DNA from: a virus
Length of the DNA: 64,000 nt
Virus record (IMG/VR): IMGVR_UViG_3300036800_000041
Span: 6,724 to 70,723 of that record
Direction: 5' to 3' (one strand)
Part shown: positions 1 through 9,308 of the stretch, piece by piece
Numbering within the stretch: position 1 is the first letter of the stretch
Layout of the letters: each line of letters opens with the position of its first letter
Notes under the pieces: model-generated
What the model was told of the DNA's origin: nothing
The model's input: the letters and a program-made list of their open reading frames with translations, nothing else
Databases searched by the model: none
Translations under genes and position numbers: made by a program

Positions 1-483
1 TGAGGCGGCATAGTTAGGGGCGCTGGCCACCTGATGTTCAATGGCCTGAATCTCGTCTTTTCCCAGGCCAGTAGCAATTCGTATCGCTTTGATCACCGAC
101 TCGGGTAGTTCAGGCGACTCGCCGACAGGGGTCTCTGGCGGCTCCATATCCAGCGCAAACAGAGTCTGCGTCAGAGCTACCGCCCAAATGACGGCGAGGC
201 CCGTTAGGATCAGCTCACCAGAGTGCTGATCCCAACGACCGGCGGCCTGTCCCGATGTGAACGCAGCAAGGTTCGGTGGTAATGATTTTCCCGGTTGACG
301 ATCGGCATATGGATCGCCGTTATAGCTTGACCCCGAGGCGGCCAGATTGCCGGCCAGCGTGGGGAGCACAGAACTTTCCACGGATGGCAGCCAGCGTTCG
401 ATCGCGGCGCTCACCAGGTCGCTGATCGCCTGCTCGGCGGCCAACGTGTGATCGAGGGCTTCACCCTTCGATTGCGGCCACAT
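1..483 (-). CDS. capsid maturation protease / MuF-like head protein, N-terminal part (runs off window)
   Basis: ATG at 483 (MWPQSKGEALDHTLAAEQAISDLVSAAIERWLP...), open to window edge. Lies downstream of portal as in cluster B-like phages. Function from synteny only. Confidence 0.6.
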   Translation of the reverse strand, partial: MWPQSKGEALDHTLAAEQAISDLVSAAIERWLPSVESSVLPTLAGNLAASGSSYNGDPYADRQPGKSLPPNLAAFTSGQAAGRWDQHSGELILTGLAVIWAVALTQTLFALDMEPPETPVGESPELPESVIKAIRIATGLGKDEIQAIEHQVASAPNYAAS

Positions 484-650
484 CAGGCGTTCACCGCATT
501 GGGTAGCGGTACGTCTGTGGTTGGTTTTGCGGTTGGTTTTGCTTTCGTACCGTATTCACGTTCCCACAGTTCAGCGCCTACCTTGGCCAAGGTGGTTTTA
601 AGCTTGCGTGTGCTGTCGTTCTGCAAATCGACAATGAAAGGGCGCCCCAT
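483..650 (-). CDS. small hypothetical protein (55 aa)
   Basis: MGRPFIVDLQNDSTRKLK...AVNA; TGATG overlaps with both neighbouring genes. Confidence 0.65.
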   Translation of the reverse strand: MGRPFIVDLQNDSTRKLKTTLAKVGAELWEREYGTKAKPTAKPTTDVPLPNAVNA

Positions 651-2542
651 CAAGCGTTCACCACTTGGGTCGTGAGCTGACGGCGCACCTCGGCGCGCAC
701 ACGAGCACGCAACTGTTCACTGTCAATGCCCATTCGCGAGATGACATCGTCTTCTAAGGCCGTGTCCCAGCCACGAATCAGATCGGGAATCTTTCGTTCA
801 TCGACCGCCGGGAGCAAGCGGTGATATTCGTGGGGCTGGTAATTGGCAAGCCGATTGCGTTGCGCGGTGTCGCGGCTGTTGACCCTGCGCTTACCGGCGA
901 GCTCCAATGCACGAGTGACCAGTAGGCGCTCTACCAGCGACAGCTCGTCGGCTCCGATCACTGAACGGGTCTCTCGCTCACTGGGCGGTGGAGCGCCTTC
1001 GCTACCCGGCTGCCCGTCGCCCTGTGTCTCGCTGTCACCGCCGCTGTCGCTCTCGACGTCGGTGTGATCGGCCGGCGCCGCCGGCAATGCAGGTACCGGC
1101 TCGGGGAAATCGAGTCCTTGCAGCGTCGTCGGCAGCAGTGGCATGAGCGGCTGGAGCAATGTGGGATCCTGGCTCACTCGGTCTGACGCCCATTGCTGCC
1201 AGCCTTGCAGCGTCGTGAAGTCATAACCGGTGTCGCCGAGATTCAGAAATTCACGGTAAGCCTCGGCGGTGATCGACCCGCGGTCGAAAGCGTCACTGGC
1301 CTGATCGGACTTGTCGGGGTCACTGGTCAGACCACCGGTGTCATACCAGAGCACGTACTGTTCTGGATCGATACCCTCACGTTCGAACACCACGGACAAA
1401 ATGTCTTTGGTGATCGCCTGGACGATCAGTTCCATCACCGGGGCGATGTGCAGCTGAACATCGGTGTCGCCGATCTGCCAAGCGCTCCAGTGGTTCGTGG
1501 AACTGCCCAGCCCAAGCAGCCGCTCGGGGCTGACGTCGAGGCCCATCGCCAGTCGGGCGATGGCATCGTTTCGGGTCTGAATGGCCAGTGCGGTGACTTC
1601 GTTATCGAACTTGACATGGCTTACCTTTTCGATCAAATCACTAGGCACACCGGCCATGATGGGAATCAATGCCGCCATCGAATCAGGATCGTCATAGGCC
1701 GTTTGCGCAACCTGGAACAACAGCTCTTGTAACTGTGTCGCGGCAGGCATGTTGACCGTGGGAAGTGCGGGCGACCCGTCGGGTTTTCCGGCGGCTGTCG
1801 GCGTGGCTTGTGTCGGCAGACTCATTTCCTGCGGAATCAGCACGATTCCGTTACCGATCAAACGCGACTTACTGGCGTTAGCAATAGTTTTCGTGGTTCG
1901 CACGATCTCGTTCAGCGGGTCCAAACATGCCCGGACCGGACTGTCTGGCTCGTAGGCTCGGCGCGGCCGAGGATTCCAGATCCGCAGCAAACTGTCGCTG
2001 TTAGTGCCTTGCAGATTCAGATCATGCTTTGTGCCGTTGGGTAGCGTCACGGTAACCACGTTGCCCTTGGTCTGCATTTCATCACGGCTTAGCGGCAGCC
2101 ACGTACCCGCCGAAGGGGCGCCGGGCAAGCCCATAACGATGGCGACCCACGTCTCGCCCGGCACACTCAAGCATTCCACCAGACGTTTGATCATCTGAGT
2201 TTGACCGAGCCGGCCACCGGCAATGGCCTTGACAATTTCTTTTACGCGCTCGTTGTCGCACTTACCGGTCGGAACACCTTCATCGTCCAGCTCGCTGGCG
2301 ATCAGCTTGGTCCGTGAGCACGACGCCGATCGCCAGCCCACGTAATAGCGCAGCTCGCCGACCAGATCGAGCATTTCCCACGCTATCTCTTGCCATCCGA
2401 GACTCGTCGCACCAATGCCGACGCCGGCCGTCGATTTGAACAACTGTGACGGGTCGGTGATCGGTTGCGACGCAGCGGTTAATGCAGGCTGTCGAGCAGG
2501 CTGGCCCTTGGGACGACGAACAACACGAAGGGCACCAGCCAT
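650..2542 (-). CDS. portal protein
   Basis: 630 aa; VGELRYYVGW, IWNPRPRRAYEPDSP, SRLIGNG, RLAMGLDVSPERLLG and NHWSAW motifs typical of cluster B-like portals; near terminase. Confidence 0.9.
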   Translation of the reverse strand: MAGALRVVRRPKGQPARQPALTAASQPITDPSQLFKSTAGVGIGATSLGWQEIAWEMLDLVGELRYYVGWRSASCSRTKLIASELDDEGVPTGKCDNERVKEIVKAIAGGRLGQTQMIKRLVECLSVPGETWVAIVMGLPGAPSAGTWLPLSRDEMQTKGNVVTVTLPNGTKHDLNLQGTNSDSLLRIWNPRPRRAYEPDSPVRACLDPLNEIVRTTKTIANASKSRLIGNGIVLIPQEMSLPTQATPTAAGKPDGSPALPTVNMPAATQLQELLFQVAQTAYDDPDSMAALIPIMAGVPSDLIEKVSHVKFDNEVTALAIQTRNDAIARLAMGLDVSPERLLGLGSSTNHWSAWQIGDTDVQLHIAPVMELIVQAITKDILSVVFEREGIDPEQYVLWYDTGGLTSDPDKSDQASDAFDRGSITAEAYREFLNLGDTGYDFTTLQGWQQWASDRVSQDPTLLQPLMPLLPTTLQGLDFPEPVPALPAAPADHTDVESDSGGDSETQGDGQPGSEGAPPPSERETRSVIGADELSLVERLLVTRALELAGKRRVNSRDTAQRNRLANYQPHEYHRLLPAVDERKIPDLIRGWDTALEDDVISRMGIDSEQLRARVRAEVRRQLTTQVVNA

Positions 2543-2567
2543 CTGCTCAGGCTAACGGGTCAGCGTG

Positions 2568-2972
2568 TCAATTGACCGTCTCATCTTCATAGTCCATCTC
2601 CTCGGTATCTGCGGCGAAAGCGAACACGCCAATCAGATGCGACGCCGCGAGACCGACCGGGAACAATGCCCACCACGACCAACCGATCAAACGAACCGGG
2701 ACGATGGCGCCGGCCAGGGCCAGCCACATGCTGATGCACCAGGGACATTGCACGAAATACAAGGCCGTCTGCCAGCGTCGGGCCAACGACCGGTGATATT
2801 CATGCAATTTCGGCTGTGTAAGGTCCACTTCCAGCCCTTTGGCAACGCTTCGATGTTGGCGCTCACGAGCGGCGATTGCCAACCGCGGTGCATCTAGAAT
2901 CGTGTCTGCGTTGATCAGGCGCGTTAAACGCGCAATGGCCAGAACATAGATCGTCAAAATGAACAATGTCAT
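2568..2972 (-). CDS. membrane protein, DUF1360-like
   Basis: LAIARLTRLINADTI...CPWCISMW with hydrophobic segments; ATG at 2972. Confidence 0.7.
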   Translation of the reverse strand: MTLFILTIYVLAIARLTRLINADTILDAPRLAIAARERQHRSVAKGLEVDLTQPKLHEYHRSLARRWQTALYFVQCPWCISMWLALAGAIVPVRLIGWSWWALFPVGLAASHLIGVFAFAADTEEMDYEDETVN

Positions 2973-3031
2973 GGCGCCAACACTACCGGGACAATGCCGA
3001 TAACGGCGGCAATGTGCGTTAGGATGAGCCC

Positions 3032-3598
3032 ATGCCGCGCATTCTAGGGATCGACAGCTCACTAACGGCGACGGGGCTGTGTCGCGTTGACATCGACACT
3101 CACAAGCCGGGTCCATTCAGCGCGACACTGGTAGAGGCGAAGATCGACGTTTGCACCGTCAGCGCGCCCAAGCCGGCAAAAGACAAGAGCAAACGTGCGA
3201 TGGCCCGGCGGGTGTCCGTGCTGCTGGAGCAGATCGAAGCAGCACTGGAAGGCGTCGACTTGGTGGCCCTGGAAGAACTCGCTTACGGTGCTAAGGGTGA
3301 ATCCTCATGGGTGCTGCCGTGGATCTGGGGAGAAGTCATCCGGCTGTGCGAACGCCACGACATCGATCTCGTCATCGTCAATGTTGCCACCGTGAAAAAG
3401 TACGCGACCGGCAAGGGCAACGCTGACAAAGACACCGTCCTATTAACGACGACACGGCGCTACCCTGACGTTACGCTGACCAACAATAACGAAGCCGACG
3501 CCATGGTTATCGCTGCAATCGGCTGCCGTTATCTTGGGTTTCCAATTGACACAGTCCCCAAGGTCAACCTCGAATTTATGGGAAAGCTGCATTGGTAG
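3032..3598 (+). CDS. ruvC: RuvC-like Holliday junction resolvase
   Basis: ILGIDSSLTATG, VALEE, KKYATGKGNADK and NEADA acidic catalytic motifs. Confidence 0.9.
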   Translation: MPRILGIDSSLTATGLCRVDIDTHKPGPFSATLVEAKIDVCTVSAPKPAKDKSKRAMARRVSVLLEQIEAALEGVDLVALEELAYGAKGESSWVLPWIWGEVIRLCERHDIDLVIVNVATVKKYATGKGNADKDTVLLTTTRRYPDVTLTNNNEADAMVIAAIGCRYLGFPIDTVPKVNLEFMGKLHW

Positions 3599-3723
3599 AC
3601 GATTCAGATCTGGAGGGTATCCGGGTGTACAACTTCCGGGGGGCTCCTCCCCCGTTGCAACCCAAGATCCTCTTAACTCGCGGCTACGATGCGGAAGATG
3701 ATGGCCGAGATGGCGGCGCGGCG

Positions 3724-3869
3724 ATGACCGATGAACACCTGCTCGACCGGATCACCGAGATGGTGCGCGACCACCGGCAAGCCCCGATCGAGACGATATC
3801 TGGAGACTCATTCGGGAGCATCGCCAGGTCGGCTGGCGTCGGCGCTTTACCGCCAACGACCCGACGTAA
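3724..3869 (+). pseudogene. small gene apparently broken by a frameshift near 3780
   Basis: MTDEHLLDRITEMVRDHRQ in one frame continues plausibly as SPDRDDIWRLIREHRQVGWRRRFTANDPT* in another frame; that TAA lies inside the dif-like site. Confidence 0.4.
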
Positions 3870-3887
3870 CGCACGATTATCGGCACT
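3859..3887 (-). other. dif-like (XerC/XerD) recombination site, type A
   Basis: Minus strand AGTGCCGATAA-TCGTGCG-TTACGTCGGGT: 11-bp arms, 7-bp spacer. Confidence 0.65.
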
Positions 3888-3901
3888 CGACGGAGGAAGA
3901 C

Positions 3902-4099
3902 ATGACAAACCCAGATACCGAGCGCGGCTTGTACGGCAAGTACCGCGTCGAGAAGATCAACGGCAAGCCAGTCGGGCGTGCGTTCGTCCTTGCCTACGAC
4001 AGCGACCCGCACGCCCGTGTCGCCCTTGCGGCGTATGCAGATTCATGCGAGGCGGATTATCCACAGTTGGCCGCTGACCTGCATAAACAATTGGCCTAG
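3902..4099 (+). CDS. small phage protein (GLYGKYRVEK...FVL...DPHARVALAAYA)
   Basis: GGAGGA RBS; recognisable small phage-protein motif; lies between two dif-like sites. Confidence 0.8.
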   Translation: MTNPDTERGLYGKYRVEKINGKPVGRAFVLAYDSDPHARVALAAYADSCEADYPQLAADLHKQLA

Positions 4100-4105
4100 C
4101 GCAAC

Positions 4106-4291
4106 ATGAAGCAATGGCGAGTGGTGTCGCGTGAGGACAAACTAGGCAACCTACTGTGGTCTCTGCAATACGACGTGATCTGGCTAGATGGTTCGCAGTA
4201 TGGCCTGTGGCGGGAGGATCGGGTGTTCCGCGACGAGGACATGGCAATGACTGATCTAGCCTTCGTTCAGAGCCATCCCGAGACGACATAA
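4106..4291 (+). CDS. hypothetical protein (61 aa)
   Basis: ORF whose TAA stop is part of the downstream dif-like site. Confidence 0.65.
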   Translation: MKQWRVVSREDKLGNLLWSLQYDVIWLDGSQYGLWREDRVFRDEDMAMTDLAFVQSHPETT

Positions 4292-4309
4292 GGCCCGGTT
4301 ATCGGGCTA
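4281..4309 (-). other. dif-like recombination site, type B
   Basis: Minus strand TAGCCCGATAA-CCGGGCC-TTATGTCGTCT. Confidence 0.65.
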
Positions 4310-4372
4310 AGTGGGTCAAAGGCACGGCCCAGCACCCCCTTGGCCGTTATCGGCGGACCGGTAACCCGATGG

Positions 4373-4471
4373 TTAAAGGTCTAATGATTCGTCAGCGTCG
4401 AGCTGTACCGCATCATGATCAAAATGTCGACGCCTTCGTCGTCGCCACCAGCGAATCAGTAGCGCGATCAT
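4373..4471 (-). CDS. tiny Arg-rich peptide (32 aa)
   Basis: MIALLIRWWRRRRRRHFDHDAVQLDADESLDL; ATGA overlap with the terminase stop. Confidence 0.4.
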   Translation of the reverse strand: MIALLIRWWRRRRRRHFDHDAVQLDADESLDL

Positions 4472-6243
4472 CGTGCTACTACCCGGCGTAGGAACGGGTT
4501 GTTGCGCCCGGATACGGGCTCGGTGATCCGACGTTTCATCCATGCCGGTACATCATTCATGCGCCCGGTGATCGGCGCCGCCAAGCTCATTTGTCCGGAT
4601 CCCAGCGCCGCGAGCCGGTGATGGGTGATGATGGCCGCACTCACCCGGTCAGGGCAGTGTTGGCCGGCCTGCCAGTCGGCCGCCTGGCTCTCAAACACAC
4701 TTAGTTTGTATTCAACAGTGCGGCATTTCTTGATTTCGAGCGCCTGGCGTAACTGGGCGGCGCGGCCGACCGGATCACCGGGCGTGCGCCATTTGTAGAT
4801 TGTGAAAGGCATGTCGGCCACGCAAGCGCGTTGTTCAATTGGAGTGAGCACTGCGCCGGCATTCGCCTTTTTAACCGCATCGCCGTGGATCGTGCGCCAT
4901 GCGCTTTTGATTACGTTGACGTAGGCGTTCGCCGCGGCGAACGCTTCCATCGCTATCTCGCGCGCGCCAATGGTCAATGCCAACTTAACTGCCTGGACGC
5001 CCCACGCATCCGAGCTCAGTTGGGCTGACCAGTCCTCAGCGAGCACCACAGTGCCATTCTGAGTCAAATAGCCGCCGATGATGCCGGTTTCGTCGCCTTC
5101 ACCGGAATCGGCCGGGTCGACGCCGATCACCGCGGCGACCGGCATGGTGGGAGGATTCTCCAGTCGTGGTTCGAACCAGGCGCGTTCGAACAGGCCACCG
5201 GCCGGATTACGTGGGCTACCTTGATACATCGCGTACCAGGTGCGCTCGCCGACGGCGCGGCGTGTCGCCTCGAATTGTGCTTTGGTCCGGCCGCGCGAAC
5301 TGATCATGGATTCGCCAGGTTCTCGCTGAAGGGAATCAGTGATGATGACCTCGCCAGTGTTGGCTTCGGCGACCGCGGGAATGTTGATCAACTTCCAGGT
5401 GCGATGCTCGGGCGCCAGCTTCCGCTCATTGTCAATCACTATGCCGGCTAGGTCATCGGGATGCCAGCGGGTCTGAATCAAGATCATACTAGCTTGAGGA
5501 GACAGCCGGGTCCGCGCGACAGTGTTCATCCATTCGTTGATCTTGCGACGATGAGCCGGTGAGTCGGCTTCCATCATGTTCTTGAAAGGGTCGTCAATAA
5601 TGAACAGGTCGGCGGCACGACCGGTGATCGCAGACCCGATGCCAACTGCTTTTAGGCCGCCGATGCCGCCGTCGATTCCCCAGCTCGCCACTCGGTTAGC
5701 GCGTGAGCTCAGTTTCAACCCGATCTTGTCTTGGATCTGCAATCCAGTGATCGAGTCCATAACGTCGGTGCCGTGGCTGTCGATGATCGTGCGAATTTTC
5801 GTGCTGTGTTCTTCGGCCAGCGTGTCACCGTAGGCGGCCAGGATGATTCGGCGGTTAGGGTCGAGCTGAAGCGCACGGATCGGTGTCCACACCGCGGCCA
5901 GCGTCGATTTCCCCTCCTGCGGCGGCATCGTGATAATCAGGTTACGTTGCGCGCCGGCGAGCGGGCCAGCCTCGATTTCATCGCTGATCAATCGCAAGGC
6001 CGGGGTGACGTTGAAGTCGGGATCAACGCTGGCGGCCAGGTCAACGGCATTGGCGTACTTCGTCTTGATCTCTTCGCGCCGTGCTGCCGAACGCAGCCAG
6101 GTCAGCATGGCGGTTTTTTGCTCGTCGGGCCACTTCGCGCGTTTGATTTCGGTGTAGATCAACTCGGCTTTTTCCGAGCTAAAACTGCCGTCGGTGTTCC
6201 AGACGTCGGGCGCCACGAACTCCGGCTCTTTACGGCGCGCCAT
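4468..6243 (-). CDS. terL: terminase large subunit
   Basis: Walker A-like MPPQEGKS, Walker B IIDDP, QTRWHPDDLAG, nuclease GVDPA and final PDRV. Confidence 0.95.
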   Translation of the reverse strand: MARRKEPEFVAPDVWNTDGSFSSEKAELIYTEIKRAKWPDEQKTAMLTWLRSAARREEIKTKYANAVDLAASVDPDFNVTPALRLISDEIEAGPLAGAQRNLIITMPPQEGKSTLAAVWTPIRALQLDPNRRIILAAYGDTLAEEHSTKIRTIIDSHGTDVMDSITGLQIQDKIGLKLSSRANRVASWGIDGGIGGLKAVGIGSAITGRAADLFIIDDPFKNMMEADSPAHRRKINEWMNTVARTRLSPQASMILIQTRWHPDDLAGIVIDNERKLAPEHRTWKLINIPAVAEANTGEVIITDSLQREPGESMISSRGRTKAQFEATRRAVGERTWYAMYQGSPRNPAGGLFERAWFEPRLENPPTMPVAAVIGVDPADSGEGDETGIIGGYLTQNGTVVLAEDWSAQLSSDAWGVQAVKLALTIGAREIAMEAFAAANAYVNVIKSAWRTIHGDAVKKANAGAVLTPIEQRACVADMPFTIYKWRTPGDPVGRAAQLRQALEIKKCRTVEYKLSVFESQAADWQAGQHCPDRVSAAIITHHRLAALGSGQMSLAAPITGRMNDVPAWMKRRITEPVSGRNNPFLRRVVAR

Positions 6244-6253
6244 CAGCTCATTC

Positions 6254-6367
6254 TCACACCCAATCAGCTTTAACCAACAACGCCACGATCAGCAATAAGA
6301 TAAACACTACCGATAAAGTAACAACTATCGTCTCTATTCCCGACGAACCAGGATCCTGATCGGTCAC
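6254..6367 (-). CDS. small single-TM peptide
   Basis: GTG...IVVTLSVVFILLLIVALLVKADWV; GTGA overlap with the upstream kinase stop. Confidence 0.45.
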   Translation of the reverse strand: MTDQDPGSSGIETIVVTLSVVFILLLIVALLVKADWV

Positions 6368-6954
6368 GCGGTCACCTTCAATTGTGCTACCGCTTGAAGT
6401 TTGTCAATCAGCTCATCGGGATGACCACGTACCACGCTGACACCCGCCGGTGGATTATCGGCAAGGTTCCGTGTAACCGTCAATCGCCCGCGGACCCAGC
6501 CCGTGTTCTGGAAGTTGCCCAGCTGTTTGGACCGGATCTGATGCCACGCTTCGACGTCAGGATGATCGAGCACCACCAGCAACACGGCGTAGCCGGCTTG
6601 CACCGCCGCGGTCAGGAATCGGGTATTGCCGAGCCGGGCACCCTCGGCCAGCAGGATCGGATAGGGCCGGGTCGCGATCCATGGCATGGCGCGGGTGATG
6701 ATCGAGCTCGCCAAGGCGTCGGTGCCGCTGAAGTCGCCACGTTGACGCCCGATTTCGGCGTGGGTCGCGGCGCCCAGAGCAGATGTGAGCAACTGGTCAT
6801 GAGGCACGGGATTGTCTATCGGAAGCCGGTCGAAGTCCTGTGTCAGCCGACGCATCAGTGTCGATTTGCCCGAGCCAGGCGCTCCGATCAGATAAATCAA
6901 CCGGTAATTGGCCTGCATGACGATGAACTCAGGAACACTGACGAAAGAGACCAT
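6364..6954 (-). CDS. P-loop nucleotide kinase (adenylate kinase-like)
   Basis: YLIGAPGSGKST Walker A, FSGTDAL, EGARL; upstream of terminase as in cluster B. Start uncertain (6954 or 6918). Confidence 0.75.
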   Translation of the reverse strand: MVSFVSVPEFIVMQANYRLIYLIGAPGSGKSTLMRRLTQDFDRLPIDNPVPHDQLLTSALGAATHAEIGRQRGDFSGTDALASSIITRAMPWIATRPYPILLAEGARLGNTRFLTAAVQAGYAVLLVVLDHPDVEAWHQIRSKQLGNFQNTGWVRGRLTVTRNLADNPPAGVSVVRGHPDELIDKLQAVAQLKVTA

Positions 6955-7008
6955 GCTGAGCACTATACCGATCCCAACGGCATTGTCGTACTAGGCGTTA
7001 CGACGGCA

Positions 7009-7842
7009 TCATGGAATTGTCGCGGCCGCCTCAGGGGTATTCACCCATGCCGGCGCAGGAAACGGCACTTGCTGGCTCGTCGCGGCGGCGCGCTGTGCCG
7101 GCGTCGAGCCCGCTCGCGCGTAAGCGGTATTGATCTGAATGTGCTGGGCGTCTTCGATGGCCTGCGACGGCGCCATACCCACCGCCCGCAGGTAGGCGTT
7201 CTGCGGAAGGTGCAGTGTGGGAACTAAAACGGCCTTGATATTGCCCTTTTTCGTGACCACGTTGGCCAGGTCGTCGGGGTTCGCATTGCGGTAGTAGTGC
7301 AGAATTTGGGTGCCGAATCCTGCAGTCAGCCACGCCAGACCGTAACCGGGGGCACTGGGTATCGTCGGTAGGTCACTGTAACCGTCGAATTCATTGACCA
7401 CCATGAGCACGCTGTTCGGTGTATTAGCCGGAATACCGACGGGTGGCGTATGCGCATTGAAGGCGTCATTGCGCGCAAAAGTGTCACCGGCCAGCACCAC
7501 ATTGACAAAGCCGGGCACTTTGCCCTGTGACATTGCCAATGAAATGTTCTGCGCCCCGAGCGAGAATCCCAGCAGCATGTCACCGGGCTGAAACTTCACC
7601 TTGCCGATGTTGTCGGCGGCCAGCTGATTGTGCGCGGGGGTTCCGTCTGCCGGGTAAGGGATCTTGACGCATGGGCGGCAGTATCGACCGCCGAACTGAA
7701 GCTGTGTGACGGTCATCGTGATGCCCGCGACACCATCGAAGTCGAACGGCTCGACGGTGTAGGTCGTCGGTCCGATCGCGGCGGCGCGCGCGGGACTGAT
7801 CAGCTCAATCAGTAAAATCATCGCAGTGATGAGTCGTTTCAT
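7009..7842 (-). CDS. secreted PE-PPE-domain-like serine alpha/beta hydrolase
   Basis: Signal peptide ending in ARA-A; GFSLG nucleophile elbow; EFDGYSDLP; ILHYY (Ser-Asp-His triad). Confidence 0.75.
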   Translation of the reverse strand: MKRLITAMILLIELISPARAAAIGPTTYTVEPFDFDGVAGITMTVTQLQFGGRYCRPCVKIPYPADGTPAHNQLAADNIGKVKFQPGDMLLGFSLGAQNISLAMSQGKVPGFVNVVLAGDTFARNDAFNAHTPPVGIPANTPNSVLMVVNEFDGYSDLPTIPSAPGYGLAWLTAGFGTQILHYYRNANPDDLANVVTKKGNIKAVLVPTLHLPQNAYLRAVGMAPSQAIEDAQHIQINTAYARAGSTPAQRAAATSQQVPFPAPAWVNTPEAAATIP

Positions 7843-7890
7843 GTCGTGCACTTTACCGATTATGGTGCCGTTGTCATGTGGAAATTATCA

Positions 7891-7947
7891 TTGACAATCC
7901 CGACTTAGGAGGTCTACTGTCAGTGGTGTAGGCGGGATGGTCCCGCT
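7891..7947 (+). promoter_or_regulatory. SigA-like promoter plus conserved leader hairpin
   Basis: TTGACA-N18-TACTGT, then GGCGGG-ATGGT-CCCGCT. Confidence 0.7.
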
Positions 7948-7966
7948 GAACTGCCTGATAGAGAGG

Positions 7967-8326
7967 ATGTTTCCCGTGAAACATCACATGAACCAGGTCA
8001 AGCATTTCGTCATGCACAGCGTATGGTGTCGTACCTGCAACCCCATCTCGGCCCGCCGGCAGCGCAAAGCCATTACAGCGGCTCACGACAACGCACACAT
8101 CGTTTGGTCGGACAAACTGGCCGCCGATACTCGATTCGCCAATATTCGTCAAATGGTCATGGCCGATGCTCGATTCCAGGCCGCCCTAGAACGTCGCCGG
8201 GAACGGTTGCGCGTCGCACTGGAAGAATCCGGTGCAGATCCATGGGAGGCCGCATTGTTGGTCGAGGCCGTCGATCGTTTCCGCGCCGGCAACGATGTCA
8301 TCGCGATCACGGGAAGGCAATCGTGA
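7967..8326 (+). CDS. hypothetical protein
   Basis: ORF directly after promoter; HSVWCRTC motif. Confidence 0.7.
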   Translation: MFPVKHHMNQVKHFVMHSVWCRTCNPISARRQRKAITAAHDNAHIVWSDKLAADTRFANIRQMVMADARFQAALERRRERLRVALEESGADPWEAALLVEAVDRFRAGNDVIAITGRQS

Positions 8327-8478
8327 GCACACTGCATGCATTAATTTTCATTTGCTTCATGGCCTGCTACTGGTTGAGTAGGGCGCCGCGGCACAGTGTC
8401 AGCGAAATGATCACTGCAACTGTTGCCTTGACCTCGTTATTTACCGTGATGTTCATCGCGGGCGGAATAGCTGCATGA
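8323..8478 (+). CDS. small two-TM membrane protein
   Basis: GTG overlapping the upstream stop; two hydrophobic stretches. Confidence 0.55.
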   Translation: MSTLHALIFICFMACYWLSRAPRHSVSEMITATVALTSLFTVMFIAGGIAA

Positions 8479-8603
8479 TTGCCCGATTTATCGCCGCCGT
8501 GACCAATCAGATCATTGACAATTTACTGTTACCGCCAGTGGCGTTCGGCGTCGATCCTGATGTCGACCCGAAATATAACCCTGAAATGTCTCCGCGAAAC
8601 TAG
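8475..8603 (+). CDS. small hypothetical protein (42 aa)
   Basis: ATGA overlap; MIARFIAAVTNQIIDNLLLPP... Confidence 0.5.
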   Translation: MIARFIAAVTNQIIDNLLLPPVAFGVDPDVDPKYNPEMSPRN

Positions 8604-8716
8604 TTACCTGGTCAGAGGGGAAAACGCGGAACAGTGCGACCCCGGCAGTCTGACCACTGCCGGGTCCATCACTTCACCCTTTACTTCACACCACAGCCAT
8701 TGAAAGTAGGACCGCC

Positions 8717-9115
8717 ATGAACCATGTTCTTACCAATGTCGTGATCGCGGGAGCGATCATAAGCCTTACTGCGTCAATACCCGTCGCTCATGGCGCTCCC
8801 GATGACGCTGGCCAGGTCCAGTACGTCATCGATCTCTCCGGCGCCGGAATTCCGTTGGGTGCTCCGGCCCAAGAGGTTTACGTCGGTCAATTGATTTGCG
8901 CCAATCTAGCTGACGGATTGCCTATCGTAGAAGCCGTGCAACGGCTGATCACCGGCGCGGGCGTGCCCACTACCACGGCAATCGAGATTGTCAGTCTGGC
9001 TGTGGTCGACATGTGCCCGCAGTATGCACCCTCGGGCACAACCCGGTCGACAGAGCCCTTGCGCGTCACGATCGCGGACGCGACTCATGACATGATTCCG
9101 CCGCCGGGATATTGA
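8717..9115 (+). CDS. secreted DUF732-like protein
   Basis: Signal peptide (..PVAHG), GQLICANLADG...AVVDMCP two-Cys pattern; AGGA RBS. Confidence 0.7.
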   Translation: MNHVLTNVVIAGAIISLTASIPVAHGAPDDAGQVQYVIDLSGAGIPLGAPAQEVYVGQLICANLADGLPIVEAVQRLITGAGVPTTTAIEIVSLAVVDMCPQYAPSGTTRSTEPLRVTIADATHDMIPPPGY

Positions 9116-9118
9116 TCG

Positions 9119-9298
9119 ATGATCGACGTGGTGATCGTGCAACACAGCAGCGATATTGAACGCCCGGTCATTCCACGCGAGGTGCACAAGGTGCTCAGCG
9201 GCGGCGTACTGGTCGTACGAAGCGTGACTGTGCTCAACGCCAACACCGGGCTGACGGCGACTTTTCGTGACGATGACGTGGTACGGCCCGAGGTCTAA
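9119..9298 (+). CDS. small hypothetical protein
   Basis: 59-aa ORF filling the gap (MIDVVIVQHSSD...). Confidence 0.5.
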   Translation: MIDVVIVQHSSDIERPVIPREVHKVLSGGVLVVRSVTVLNANTGLTATFRDDDVVRPEV

Positions 9299-9308
9299 CA
9301 TCAACCCC

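Noticed and set aside
2993-3020. Additional dif-like site (AATGCCGATAA-CGGCGG-CAATGTGCGTT)
   Set aside because: Second arm is poor and it overlaps divergent promoter elements; at best a relic.
6305-6330. CTACCGATAA half-site
   Set aside because: Inside a small TM ORF with no partner arm.
8530-8670. Riboswitch or hammerhead-like RNA (CTGATG...GAAA)
   Set aside because: Core is not CUGAUGA, and most of the segment is a coupled 42-aa ORF; only a simple hairpin remains at about 8638-8667.
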